The notes: generated from the sequence alone by a model not told the origin. DNA of 64,000 nucleotides from Schmidtea nova (GCA_044892505.1 CM097882.1:368714001-368778000), one strand, 5' to 3'; numbered from the stretch's first letter, positions 7,936-18,354 are shown. Numbers and translations are program-made.

Positions 7936-10707
7936 CTAAATATCTTCCGTGAGTGGAGTTTTGATCCAAATCCTTGGCAAACATGTTTTTATCTCTATTA
8001 GAATTATATATTCATGGAGTGGTTCTTTTAATAATTTTCCTACGTATTGGCTTAGTGTTTCTACTTCCCGGCCTGGTAACCACTCTTTATAGTTCATTTG
8101 TAATATCGCTCTCATGAATTTCCGATAGTGTTTCTTGTCAATGAATTCCTCATTATATATTACTTCTAGCGCGTTATCTAATAATTTCTGGATCTCGTCC
8201 TCTTTTACTTGAATACTTTCTGGTGTCTTTACTACTTCTATCTTTTTGTCCTCAATTTCCGGTTCGTCTAGCATGTCCCCTGCTAGACTACTGACGTCAC
8301 TATCCTCTTCGTCGTCTGAAAAATTCTTTGCCTGGCCTCTCAACATGTTAATGTGTTTTATTTGGTTGATTTCACTTGGTGGATTTTCTGTTGGTTTCGT
8401 TTCACTTTCGCTAGTTTTTTGTGTTGATTTACTCTCGTCGTCTACTACTTCGACTTTTCTCATTTTTCGTTCCAACTCATCTATTTCTCGCAACCGTCTT
8501 CGTATCATTTTCCCTTTAAATATTCGACTGATTCGTGTTTCGTGACGCACTGGCGATGGAATTCCTTCTGGTTCTATTTCCTTGATTACCATCACATTCC
8601 TTTTTGTCTCTACTACTCCCATGTTTTCCCATGTATCCGTTAGTTTCAATTTTACTTCTGGTGCACCTTCTATTTTTAGGAATGCTTCTCTGGGCAGTTT
8701 CGTTACTCCTGGAGCCATTTCATTCACTTTATTGAACAATATTTCTACTTCTTCCTTTATGTTATATTGGAATCGAAACACGTGCTTGTTTGGCAAAATT
8801 ACCATCATTCCTCTTTTCCCGAGTTTCCTTTTCTCTTCTTGGTTCCCTTCTTTTTCTACTTCCTTTTCTGTTTCTTTTTCTGCTTCTTCATCTTCTTGTA
8901 TTATCTCTTTTCGGCCTTCGTTGTTGGTTGGATTCGGGTTTGTTGGATTTATTTCTGGTACAGTCTCTTTCTCGTGGGTATTTGTTTGATTGGTTGCTCT
9001 CATCATATTAATTCTTAGAGGTTGTCGTTCTCTTTCTTGCTGTTTTTGTTCCTCTTCTCTTTGTATTCTTGCCCATTCCTGAGCATGTCGTGCTTGACTT
9101 TCCCGATTCAATCGTTCGTTTTCGCTTTCTATTTTTCTCATCATATTGATTTGTTGTTGACCTGTTTGCGGATTTCCTCTGGTTGTATTGTTTATCAGCT
9201 CCGTCAATCTTTGAACCTCTTGCATTAAATGTATCTCTTTAGTGGTATTTTTATTTTGGTTATTATTATTACTATTTGGTTGGTTTCCGTATTCCGGTTG
9301 GTTTCCATTATTTGGCTGATTTCCATAATTCTGTCGGTTTCCACCAGTTGGTTGGTTTCCATAGTTTTGTCGGTTTCCGGTATTCTGCCAGTTTCCTCGT
9401 TGATTGCTTCTTTGTCCGCAATTTCTTGATAGGTGTCCAGGCCGTCCACAATTAAAACAGGTTATTGTGTAACATCTGCTCTCTGAATGCCCTTTTACTC
9501 CACATTTTCCACAATTCAAGTTCTGATAACATTCTTGTTTCCAATGTCCCAATTTCCCACATGTTTTGCATTGTTTCGTTGGTCCTTGGGGGTTGTAATT
9601 GTTTTGATTTCCGTAATTTGATACTTTATTCCCTTCATTCCTTCGTTGCGGTGGTGGTCGGTTTAATTGTTGTGAATTTGGAATGTGGTTATTCAGGTTC
9701 ACTTCTTGTTCGTTTTGTGCTGTATCCATAGCTAAATAGATTCTACCATCATTTCCTATCATGTGTAGTTCAAATCTATTAGCTGTTTCTAGTGCTTGGT
9801 CGATGGTTTTACAACCTTGACATCCAACTTGCGCTCTTATGTCGGGTCTTCTTAATCCTCCCACAAAGATAGCTGCCATTAACTCCTCATTTATTGGGCT
9901 GTCTTGATTAAAGATCAACTTTGCTAACTTTTTCAATTCGCTTGCATATACCGCATTCGATTCATTTATCTTTTGTTTCCTCATTGAGAATTCCGTGAAT
10001 GCCTCATTCAATACTTTATTTATTCCAAAGGTTTGTTGGAAAAAGTCCTTTATCGCTGACCAACTTGTAGGTGGATTAGTTCCATTCTTTGCTTCCAAAT
10101 ATAGATCTAATGCGCTATCTTTCAAATATAGCTGAATTCTGCTTACAGTTGTTTCTGGTTTCCACTTGCATACTTCCACGAATATGCCAAATTCCTTTAA
10201 GAAAGTTTCTAATTTACTCGCATCTCCATTAAACGGTTCTCCGGAAAATTTGTCTTTTATCTCTTCTCTTGGTTCACTCATTTCGATTCCGCTGTCTGTA
10301 GTTATTTTACTTTCGTTTCCTCTTGTTTCTAGTTCACTGTTAGGTTCGTCACTTGAATTTCGGTCGATCTCAGTTTCCTTTGCTGATTCGTTATCTGATG
10401 CTTTACTATCGTTATCGGTATCGTCACTTTCTGTTTCTTGTTCTACTTCGTCTTCTATTTCTTCTATATAATCGTTGTTGGTTTTGTCGACTTCTATTTC
10501 ACTTATTGGGTTTCTCTCGGGTTCTGCTTGATTTTCTTTGTTGCTTGAACTGTTGCTTGTTACTGATAATTTATCGTTTTCGATAATCGACTTTTGTATT
10601 ATTATCTGCCTTGCTTTACTTCCTTTTGGGCCTTTCTGATTATTATTCTTGGTAGCTTTATTCTTTTCTGCTGGTTTTATTATGACACTCTTTTCTCCTT
10701 TTCTCAA
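7936..10707 (-). CDS. gag: Gag of element A (capsid, three CCHC zinc knuckles, N/Q-rich region, C-terminal Ubl-like segment)
   Basis: EPFNGD..FLKEF, LYLKDSALD, RKQKINE, FVGGLR capsid motifs; CKTCGKLGHWKQEC, CGKCGVKGHSESRC, CFNCGRPGHLSRNC. Confidence 0.92.
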   Translation of the reverse strand: MRKGEKSVIIKPAEKNKATKNNNQKGPKGSKARQIIIQKSIIENDKLSVTSNSSSNKENQAEPERNPISEIEVDKTNNDYIEEIEDEVEQETESDDTDNDSKASDNESAKETEIDRNSSDEPNSELETRGNESKITTDSGIEMSEPREEIKDKFSGEPFNGDASKLETFLKEFGIFVEVCKWKPETTVSRIQLYLKDSALDLYLEAKNGTNPPTSWSAIKDFFQQTFGINKVLNEAFTEFSMRKQKINESNAVYASELKKLAKLIFNQDSPINEELMAAIFVGGLRRPDIRAQVGCQGCKTIDQALETANRFELHMIGNDGRIYLAMDTAQNEQEVNLNNHIPNSQQLNRPPPQRRNEGNKVSNYGNQNNYNPQGPTKQCKTCGKLGHWKQECYQNLNCGKCGVKGHSESRCYTITCFNCGRPGHLSRNCGQRSNQRGNWQNTGNRQNYGNQPTGGNRQNYGNQPNNGNQPEYGNQPNSNNNNQNKNTTKEIHLMQEVQRLTELINNTTRGNPQTGQQQINMMRKIESENERLNRESQARHAQEWARIQREEEQKQQERERQPLRINMMRATNQTNTHEKETVPEINPTNPNPTNNEGRKEIIQEDEEAEKETEKEVEKEGNQEEKRKLGKRGMMVILPNKHVFRFQYNIKEEVEILFNKVNEMAPGVTKLPREAFLKIEGAPEVKLKLTDTWENMGVVETKRNVMVIKEIEPEGIPSPVRHETRISRIFKGKMIRRRLREIDELERKMRKVEVVDDESKSTQKTSESETKPTENPPSEINQIKHINMLRGQAKNFSDDEEDSDVSSLAGDMLDEPEIEDKKIEVVKTPESIQVKEDEIQKLLDNALEVIYNEEFIDKKHYRKFMRAILQMNYKEWLPGREVETLSQYVGKLLKEPLHEYIILIEIKTCLPRIWIKTPLTEDI

Positions 10708-11254
10708 CGGGATTACTTTTGTATACTCAATTTTCCTGTCTTATCGTATTCCGATTCTTTTCTTCCTTGGTTGATTGGTTTGGTTTGATTGATTTATCTA
10801 AAATACAAATGTCACTTCAACGATACTCTATTGTTATCGTTGCGCTTTTATTCCCTTTTTACGGGACTTCTCATTACTGGGTTTCTATTATTTTTCCCCA
10901 TTCCCAGATTCCCCTTTATTTAAGTCTATTTAAATTATCTATATACTAGTCACAATTATCTATTTAGTCATAACAATTATCTATCGGTTATTAAAATACA
11001 TCAATTATTTTTCCCGCGGTCTCCCAATTTATTTGTCGTTCGAACGCTCTAATTCCCTGAGTCATTTGACTCGATTATTATTTTATCATCTCTTTATCTT
11101 TCTCTCTGCTAGCCTCTAATTAATTCTGCCGGTCTTTCCGGTCAGCTCCTATTTCTCAATTCTACTTGCATGCATTATTTTAGGTCGCATAATCAGCTTT
11201 ACTCGCATTTCTCTATTATCGGTGCGCACTATTCTCATTATCGTCGACGATCAC

Positions 11255-11470
11255 AACTCTGGGCCTATATTCCCTCTGTTGTTATTTCTTATCACTTGCA
11301 ACCCTGGGCCTATATTCCCTCCGTTGCTACTCAAACGATTGTAACCTTGGGCTTATATTCCCTCCGTTACTATCTTCCTTTAATTTTAAATAATTGCAAC
11401 CCTGGGCCTATATTCCCTCCGTTGCTACTCAACAATTGTAACCCTGGGCCTATATTCCCTCCGTTACTAT
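11255..11470. repeat. Imperfect tandem repeat (core AACCCTGGGCCTATATTCCCTCCGTT), about 5 copies, in leader of element A
   Basis: Seen directly. Confidence 0.85.
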
Positions 11471-11484
11471 ATATCCGGATATCC

Positions 11485-11720
11485 CTATTGGCTCCTTTGG
11501 CCTCAAATTAATATCAATTATCTCAAATGGCTCTTATGGCCTCAAATTCATATCTTATTATCTCAAATGGCTCTATTGGCCTTAAATTCATATCTCAATT
11601 ATCTCAAATGGCTCTATTGGCCTTAAATCATATCTCAATTATCTCAAATGGCTCTATTGGCCTTAAATCGTATCTCTCAATAACGCCTAGCTAGGTCATT
11701 CAATATGGCTCTTTGGCCTC
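11485..11720. repeat. Imperfect tandem repeat (core TATCTCAAATGGCTCTATTGGCCTTAAAT) in leader of element A
   Basis: Seen directly, about 5-6 copies. Confidence 0.85.
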
Positions 11721-11995
11721 AACCCTTTGTTTCAAGGGACAAACCGCTGATAACCCTTTGTTTCAAGGGACAAATTCTAATAACCCTTTGTTTCAAGGGA
11801 CAAACCGCTGATAACCCTTTGTTTCAAGGGACAAATTCTAATAACCCTTTGTTTCAAGGGACAAACCGCTGATAACCCTTTGTTTCAAGGGACAAATTCT
11901 AATAACCCTTTGTTTCAAGGGACAAACCGCTGATAACCCTTTGTTTCAAGGGACAAATTCTAATAACCCTTTGTTTCAAGGGACAAACCGCTGAT
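11721..11995. repeat. Perfect alternating 31/30-bp hairpin repeat (ABABABABA)
   Basis: Constant AACCCTTTGTTTCAAGGGACAAA followed alternately by CCGCTGAT or TTCTAAT; 9 units. Confidence 0.95.
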
Positions 11996-12472
11996 AACCT
12001 TTCCTTAACCGGTTAATCGTAATTCTTAACTTCGCTAGCGACTACAATTTCTCAGCTGAGTTCTCTCAATTTCATGCGAGCTGATTATGCACCTCTTATT
12101 TTTCTCTATAATTCCTCGATTCTTTGTTTTATTACTAATTCTTTCGCTGATCAGTCATAATTCAATTTTTATTATTTTCTCTGCGCGCATCTTACCTCAT
12201 CAGGGTTTTCCCTATTTCTCTCCCCAACCAAAATATACAAAAAGATCGCGTTGGTCTACTAATGCGGGATGTGGTGATCAATCACATCACAAAAGCTTTC
12301 CAACATTTGCGATTGGCCCCTTTCTATATACCCCGAGTGGGTTGATCAACTGGTACCTCCCAATGGGTGCTTAACGGACTACTTGATAGTAGCTCAAAAA
12401 TTAATTAACATTGTTGATTGCTCCCCTGACTTTGTCATTCGATACAATATATTAACACACTCTAAATATTTA

Positions 12473-12934
12473 TTATAAATAAACTACAATTCTATCAGCC
12501 ACAGAGAAATTGCACATGGGGCACTCATCACACTTATTCGCACAGTTTTTACAGAATCGAAAATGTCCGCATGGTAGAAACATTATTTGGATTTCACTGT
12601 CTTCGCATATGTAACATTGTTTATATTGTTTTGCTGCCTCGACCCCTTGCGACATCCATCGGTTATATGTTAGACTTAACTGCTGTTCTATATGTCGGCA
12701 TCTGATATTCAACTCGGCATCCTCTAATCGTGCTTTGTACCATTTATATCGCGTACTTATATCGAGTTTATTTACTTTCTCTATGATTTTTAATTACTCA
12801 GTTGTTTCCTCCGTTTGTGTCGTAGGTTCCTCATATTCGGATGCTCTTATTCGGGTTATTTTTTCGCAGACTGTCTCAAATGTATCGTTCTCGGTGTTAA
12901 AAAATTCTTCGATTTCTTTCAGTTTTTCCTCCAT
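12473..12934 (-). pseudogene. Coiled-coil plus C-terminal IAP-type RING-HC protein; one in-frame TAA at 12794-12796
   Basis: CYICED..IMFLPCGH..CKNC...CDECPMC...RIVVYL* at the extreme C-terminus; frame extends to ATG 12934 (MEEKLKEIEEF). Confidence 0.8.
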
Positions 12935-13238
12935 TTCCTATATAATTTATTTATATACTGTGTTAATATTATTGGAAAAGTAGTACTGTGTTTCGTTTTC
13001 AACAGTTTATAGCCTCCCCCCGTGTTTCGGTAAATTGTCGTCCCGACCTGTTATTTATGAATGCATTTGTTCAATTTATCTACTAATTTGTTTTAATTCC
13101 CTGTCTGTAATTATCTATTTCCACGCGACTCACTTTTATCTCGATTACTCTTTCGGTTACTATTTCTACTCACACAATTCTGACTTTAAATTTCTCTGTT
13201 GTCATTGGGTTCACCTTTTCCGCATAAAACAAAGTTGA

Positions 13239-13256
13239 ATCCCGGCTGAGCCCCCA
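13239..13256 (-). other. Primer-binding site, tRNA-Pro type
   Basis: Minus strand TGGGGGCTCAGCCGGGAT, 16/18 match to the canonical tRNA-Pro PBS TGGGGGCTCGTCCGGGAT. Confidence 0.85.
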
Positions 13257-13801
13257 AATTTATGCTGGGATTATGGGTGGGTTTCAAGTAATTCAAATAA
13301 ATTATTAATCATTAATTGAACGACTATTGATGAGTACGTATACTAGGGATTCCACGCCCATAACCATACATAACATGACTACTACACGCGTATGCCCTTG
13401 ACTATTCCCTACTAGTCAAGTTGGTACTGCATACGGTGGTGGAAAAATGATGGGCAGGTGAGCTTTGTTGCCAAAACTACTCCCCATTTATCTTCCCTCG
13501 GGTCCTTGCTGCCGATAGAAGGTCTTACGCATTTTCATTCTATGGATGTTCGCCCTACTGAATTTTTTTATCACACGCCTTTCCCAATGACTTTCCTTAA
13601 TTTATCTACAATGTAATTAATCAGTCCCTGCGTATAAATGGTCGGTTTGAGAAAATTTCGGGTGCGATTTTTTTATTTCGATGATTTCATTGTTGTTATT
13701 TTATTTTATTTAGTAACATCCCCCGATGAGAGACAAAATTTACACAGAAATACTTTTATTAAAATACTAAAAACAGGATTGTTATTTTACATGGATGTTT
13801 C

Positions 13802-14386
13802 CTAAGCGAATTCCAGACTAATCTCCTGAATCAATTCCGCTTCGGTTAAGGAGTTCAAGTGGTGGATTTGTTCGTCCAGACGCTTCGCAAATTCTCGGCG
13901 ACGACGACGCTGTCGCGATCCCATTCGATGTTTTCGAAGCTGTTGGGTTATGACCGGTGCTGACGCTATTGTTCTCGGGGGATCACTGAGAAAAATAGGC
14001 AAATCTTCCGTTGTAAGAGAGGGGGCCAGGATGATTCCCTCTTCCGTCCCGCAAGCGACATCTTGGTGAGTGCATTGTATCCAGCGCTGAGCCGTGATCG
14101 GCCGGATTAGCGCTCGCAATTCGGAGTCGATGTAACTTCTTGTTACTGCATTTAGGCAATTTCGGAGTTCTCGCTGGACGGCATCTAGTTCCAATTTGGT
14201 TGCAGCCAGTGCTTCCTGCATTCGCTCAAGTTTTTTCGACTGGTCCTTCATTTGTTCGGGCGAGAACCACTTCGCTCTCAATTCATCATTGGCGACCGTG
14301 AGTCGCTTGATCTGTCGCTGCTGGTCCCTCAACTTCCTCTCTTGGATTTGTCCCATGATTTTCTTGGAATTTTCTGAAGTCGGCAT
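13802..14386 (-). CDS. Hypothetical 194-aa coiled-coil protein with Arg-rich motif (RQRRRRR), inside putative LTR
   Basis: ATG-initiated GC-richer ORF; AATAAA on minus strand at 13755-13760. Confidence 0.55.
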   Translation of the reverse strand: MPTSENSKKIMGQIQERKLRDQQRQIKRLTVANDELRAKWFSPEQMKDQSKKLERMQEALAATKLELDAVQRELRNCLNAVTRSYIDSELRALIRPITAQRWIQCTHQDVACGTEEGIILAPSLTTEDLPIFLSDPPRTIASAPVITQQLRKHRMGSRQRRRRREFAKRLDEQIHHLNSLTEAELIQEISLEFA

Positions 14387-14704
14387 GTTATCTGAATATT
14401 ATAACGATAAATTCGCTGGAGGACCTATCAACAATTCTATTTTATTTAGTCTACTATTTACTATTGTTAAACGAGATGCATATTAATGTTTTTAATTATT
14501 GAGTTCTCTACAAAATTATTTAACTATCTAATCATTGAAGACTCAAAAGATTTATTGAACTAATTTTATATTAATAAATGAATTTCCTAATGACTATAAC
14601 AACTACAATACTAAATCTACATGACAACACTATTAACAAAATGAGACACTTCCGAATTTTTAAAACATTTATTAAATTCAAAAAACAGGCGGCCATTGAT
14701 TCCG

Positions 14705-15172
14705 CTATTCATCTTCGGTCATTTTTCCTCGATATGAAAATATCGATCTGATTTGCAAATTTGTGTTGATATTGGACGAGGCCTGCTGAAAACGGATCCT
14801 CTCAGCTTCCCGAAGGGGTCGTATTGCTGTATTGAACTTGAACCCCAATTCCTTGAAGGTAGAGGCTGGAATGAACCCCCAATATATCACACATTTCGGG
14901 AATCCTCCCTTATCCAACATCAGGACGAACCAGGCGGCGTGCCATGATTCGAATTCCTCGTCTGGAATGATTGGCCAACTAGCGCATCCCCGGTACCATA
15001 CGTGATGCCGTGGATGGTCCCATACTGTAAAGGGACAGGCGGTTTCAAGCTCTCGGCGCCATGCCCACATTTTTTGATGGATTTGCTGTAAAATCTCGAA
15101 AGGAGCCGGCTTTAATGGGCTAACTCGGGCTCGTTCTTGTCGTTTTTTGATAGTGTATCTATGCTTAGTCAT
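14705..15172 (-). CDS. Hypothetical 155-aa Trp-rich protein inside putative LTR
   Basis: ATG-initiated GC-richer ORF; AATAAA on minus strand at 14668-14673. Confidence 0.5.
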   Translation of the reverse strand: MTKHRYTIKKRQERARVSPLKPAPFEILQQIHQKMWAWRRELETACPFTVWDHPRHHVWYRGCASWPIIPDEEFESWHAAWFVLMLDKGGFPKCVIYWGFIPASTFKELGFKFNTAIRPLREAERIRFQQASSNINTNLQIRSIFSYRGKMTEDE

Positions 15173-16096
15173 GATTCCAAAACGATGCTGAATTTTATAA
15201 TAGTTACAATTTACATCAATAATTAATTATAGTAAATGTTATCTCTCATCGTGATACCCTTATTATTTGCCTTCCCCTTAGACCTTAGCTGAAATCACGA
15301 GAAACTGTCGTTCGCTATGGTATGCATTACTCTCGTATCTACTTAGCTTTATCTGTTTACGATCACTATTATAGTTGAAAAAAAAAAAAAATGGTGATTT
15401 GTCTGCTTGGATTTTCAAAATATTGATACCTCAAAACGGAAGCTCTCTCACGTCATGTATCCCTAGCTTATTCGAAAAACGCTCCTTTGTATCAAATGCG
15501 GTCGACATAATTTTCCTAAGGTTTATTAGACGTTTATTAAACAGCTGCGCTGTGGTGAGGGTGAAAAATTGTGCCTCCTCCCGGTTAACAAATTCTTTCA
15601 TATCTTTAAGCTTTATCAAAAAATTATCGTCCCCTCTGTAGCTAAAATGATCGGAAAATAATTCCCCGGATTTGTTGGGTGTCCCATGTGCAAGTCTCAA
15701 CCACTACTAATAAAATTAGGTTTTGCTATTTATTACTTTACCGTGTGTGGAGCCCTCGAGCACCACGCCACGGACGGACACCTTGGGAACCTAAAGCTCC
15801 CAACGGCGCGAGATTAATATGATAGATTAAACAGTTTAAATACGACATAAATCAAAATGAGATGAATAATATATTATAATATGATAATGACATATGAATA
15901 CAACATCAAATAATGTACCAAAAATACCTCAATTGAATTCTGAAAATTTATTGATCAAAATCGGTCTAAACGGTGATCGTCGTCGGGGCAATGTGCAATC
16001 TAATGCGAATTTTTAGTTAAAGTCTAAATTTCAGTCTAACAAAGTCTACTGAAGTCTCACTCTAGTCAAACGTCTCAGTCTGATTTTATGAAAAAT

Positions 16097-16120
16097 CTGA
16101 TCAGTATTTATACTGATCAG
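16097..16120 (-). promoter_or_regulatory. TATA box (TATAAATA) embedded in inverted repeat CTGATCAGTA..TACTGATCAG; candidate LTR promoter
   Basis: Seen directly, ~400 bp inside the proposed LTR start. Confidence 0.5.
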
Positions 16121-16633
16121 TCGTGTCTAGACCGACCAATCAGGTTCGGCCATTTTCAGGGTGGTTTTTAATTATTGTTCTTGATTCTAATTAATTTTTA
16201 TTTTTTAGATTGTATTCTTCCTCGGAGGTCTGGGTTTCAAAAACAATTATTCAATAACAAGTACTTTTATTTTGTTTTAATTACCATTATTTGTATTTAT
16301 TTTGTTTTTTAGATGTCTCCTGGGCCAGTTAATATCTCGAAATTCCTCTATTTTTATTTATAGCTTGTACTTAGTTTGTCTATATTTTTATTATATTACT
16401 CCTTTCTTTTAATAAATAAATATTCCCCTTTTTATCTTATTTTTCTCTTTTTTGTTTTAATTAATCTACTTTTATTTCACTGTTCTCTCTATTTGGCTGG
16501 CCCAACAATTATTTTAATTTTATTATTAATTATTTATCATAATTATCTTTTTTCACCTTTGATCTTTTTTTATTATTATTATCAATAATTCTCATAATGA
16601 CTATAGATCAAAATTTTTTTTTTTTATAAACAA

Positions 16634-16671
16634 TAACACAATATTTCGGCACAGCCTTTATCAAGTGTGTA
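16634..16671 (-). ncRNA. Minimal hammerhead ribozyme motif (inverted pLTR copy)
   Basis: Reverse complement of ACACACTTGATAAAGGCTGTGCCGAAATATTGTGT. Confidence 0.65.
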
Positions 16672-16767
16672 TTTCTATCGTTATATTTACTTAATCCTAA
16701 ATAGTAGCCTTAATTATTTTTTTAATATTTTATAATGATTTTATTGGATGAAAAAATTTATTTTATT

Positions 16768-18354
16768 TTAATTTTTTTGTGCGAATTGAATGTTGATGGA
16801 CGGTTTGTATTTTTTTATGAAAAAAGTCTCGGAAGCTAATCTTTGTAATGAATTTTTGAATCCCTCTTGTAGGATCTGGCATTTTGTTTCTTCTATAGAT
16901 GGAGTTGTTTTATGTACTTTTTCCCCGTGTTCGTAATAATTACTGGTTTTGATTTTAGTATGTTCATTAAGTCGGGTGCGAAAAGTTCTATGTGTTTCTC
17001 CTATGTAAGTAGCGTCACATTTTTGACAAGAAAGTTTATATACTATATTTTTGGAAAAGCAAAAGCATCGGGTTGTGGAACGACAAAGACATTTATGTTT
17101 GGAGATGTTGGAAATTGGTGGCTTTCGGAGTTGTGATTTTAACGGTGCGGAGGTTATGAACGTTGGACGGATGTGGATAGGCAAATCTGTTTGATTAAAA
17201 ATGTTGGTGATTTTGTTGGCTGTAGTGTCATTTAGGAAAGGTAATCTTAGATATGTTGTGTGTTTGTTATTGTTATTGTGTTTCTGGCGTTTTCTATTGT
17301 TGCGTTTATTGTGGTATGGTTCGTTAAGGAAGTGTTTCTTTACAAAGTCTTCAGGGTATCCATTTTGGAGGAATCGTATTTTGAAGTTTTCTAATGTTTC
17401 TTGTATTTTGTTTGCGTCTGAACAGTTTCTTATGGCTCTTTTTCTTTCTCCTATTAGTAATGCGATTTTGCGTTGAAGTGGAACGTGGCTTTTCCATGGG
17501 AGGATATGACCGCTATGTAAACCTTTAGAATATAGCTCGGTGTTTGCATTTAGTGTATCTTGGCCTTTTGTGAAACTTACCATGGTATCTAAAAACGGTA
17601 TTTTACCTTCTGTGTTCGGTGTTTCAAAAGTAAATTGTATGTTGGTGTTAGTAGAATTTGCGTGTGATAGGATTTGATTGAGAGGGATTGTGGAGACTAT
17701 GAAGATGTCGTCGATGTATCGTTTCCAGAAAAGTATTTTGTCCCCAAAAAAAGATATGATCTTAGATTCTATAAAGTTCATGTAGAAGATGGCTAAGATG
17801 GGAGAAAGGTTATTACCCATGGCTAATCCATGAATTTGTTTGAATGGTTTTTCTTTAATTATGACAGTATCTGAATTTATTGCTAATTTTAGAAGTTCTA
17901 TAAAGTCTTGTTTAGTTAAGTCTGCGAGGTCAGTATTGGCTTTATGAGTTTCAAAGAAAGAAGCTGCGATATCGAAAATGTTATTCTCTCCGTGAAGAGG
18001 AATAGATCCGTAAAGATTGGAAACGTCAAGAGATCCCCAGAAGTACTGTTGTCCTGAGTTTAACGGAAGAGACGTATTTGTAATTTCGGAGACGAATTCA
18101 GTTGTGTTTTTAAGATGAGAAGGAACCAAAGGCAAAAGTGTTTTTAGAATTTCTGAAAGAACTTTAGAAAGTGTTGTGGAAGGAGTGTCAACTGCAGATA
18201 CAAGAGGTCTACCTTTTAAAGGACTTTTGTGATCTTTAGGTAACATAGTCATATTACTAGGTAAAGGCTCACTGCAGTTGCATTTTAAAAGTAAATCTTT
18301 GATTTGAAGGTTAATTTGTTTATTTGCAAGTGTTGAAAGTTTTTTATTGTATAA
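16768..18354 (-). pseudogene. Inverted 5'-truncated copy of the Penelope RT/GIY-YIG ORF
   Basis: Translation identical to the plus-strand ORF from LYNKKL onward; the N-terminus in the ORF track is antisense pLTR sequence. Confidence 0.9.

Larger units (their letters stand above)
1..16507 (-). mobile_element. Giant Ty3/gypsy LTR retrotransposon, element A (3' part runs off the window start)
   Basis: Order on minus strand: LTR, tRNA-Pro PBS, leader, gag with CCHC knuckles, cargo/glycoprotein ORF, PR-RT-RH-IN (gypsy order). Confidence 0.9.
13263..16507 (-). repeat. Putative ~3.2-kb 5' LTR of element A
   Basis: Bounded by TGCTGGG (13263) and CCCAACA (16501-16507), an imperfect TG..CA inverted repeat; adjacent to the PBS (6-nt gap); internal TATA box. 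The second LTR is outside the window. Confidence 0.55.

Noticed and set aside
361-10949. Many short hydrophobic plus-strand ORFs
   Set aside because: Antisense shadows of the A-rich minus-strand polyprotein; the same applies to 41645-50408, including the 308-aa ORF at 47715.
11721-11995. CRISPR-like array of palindromic repeats
   Set aside because: Linkers are 7-8 nt and alternate between two sequences; eukaryotic context, no cas genes.
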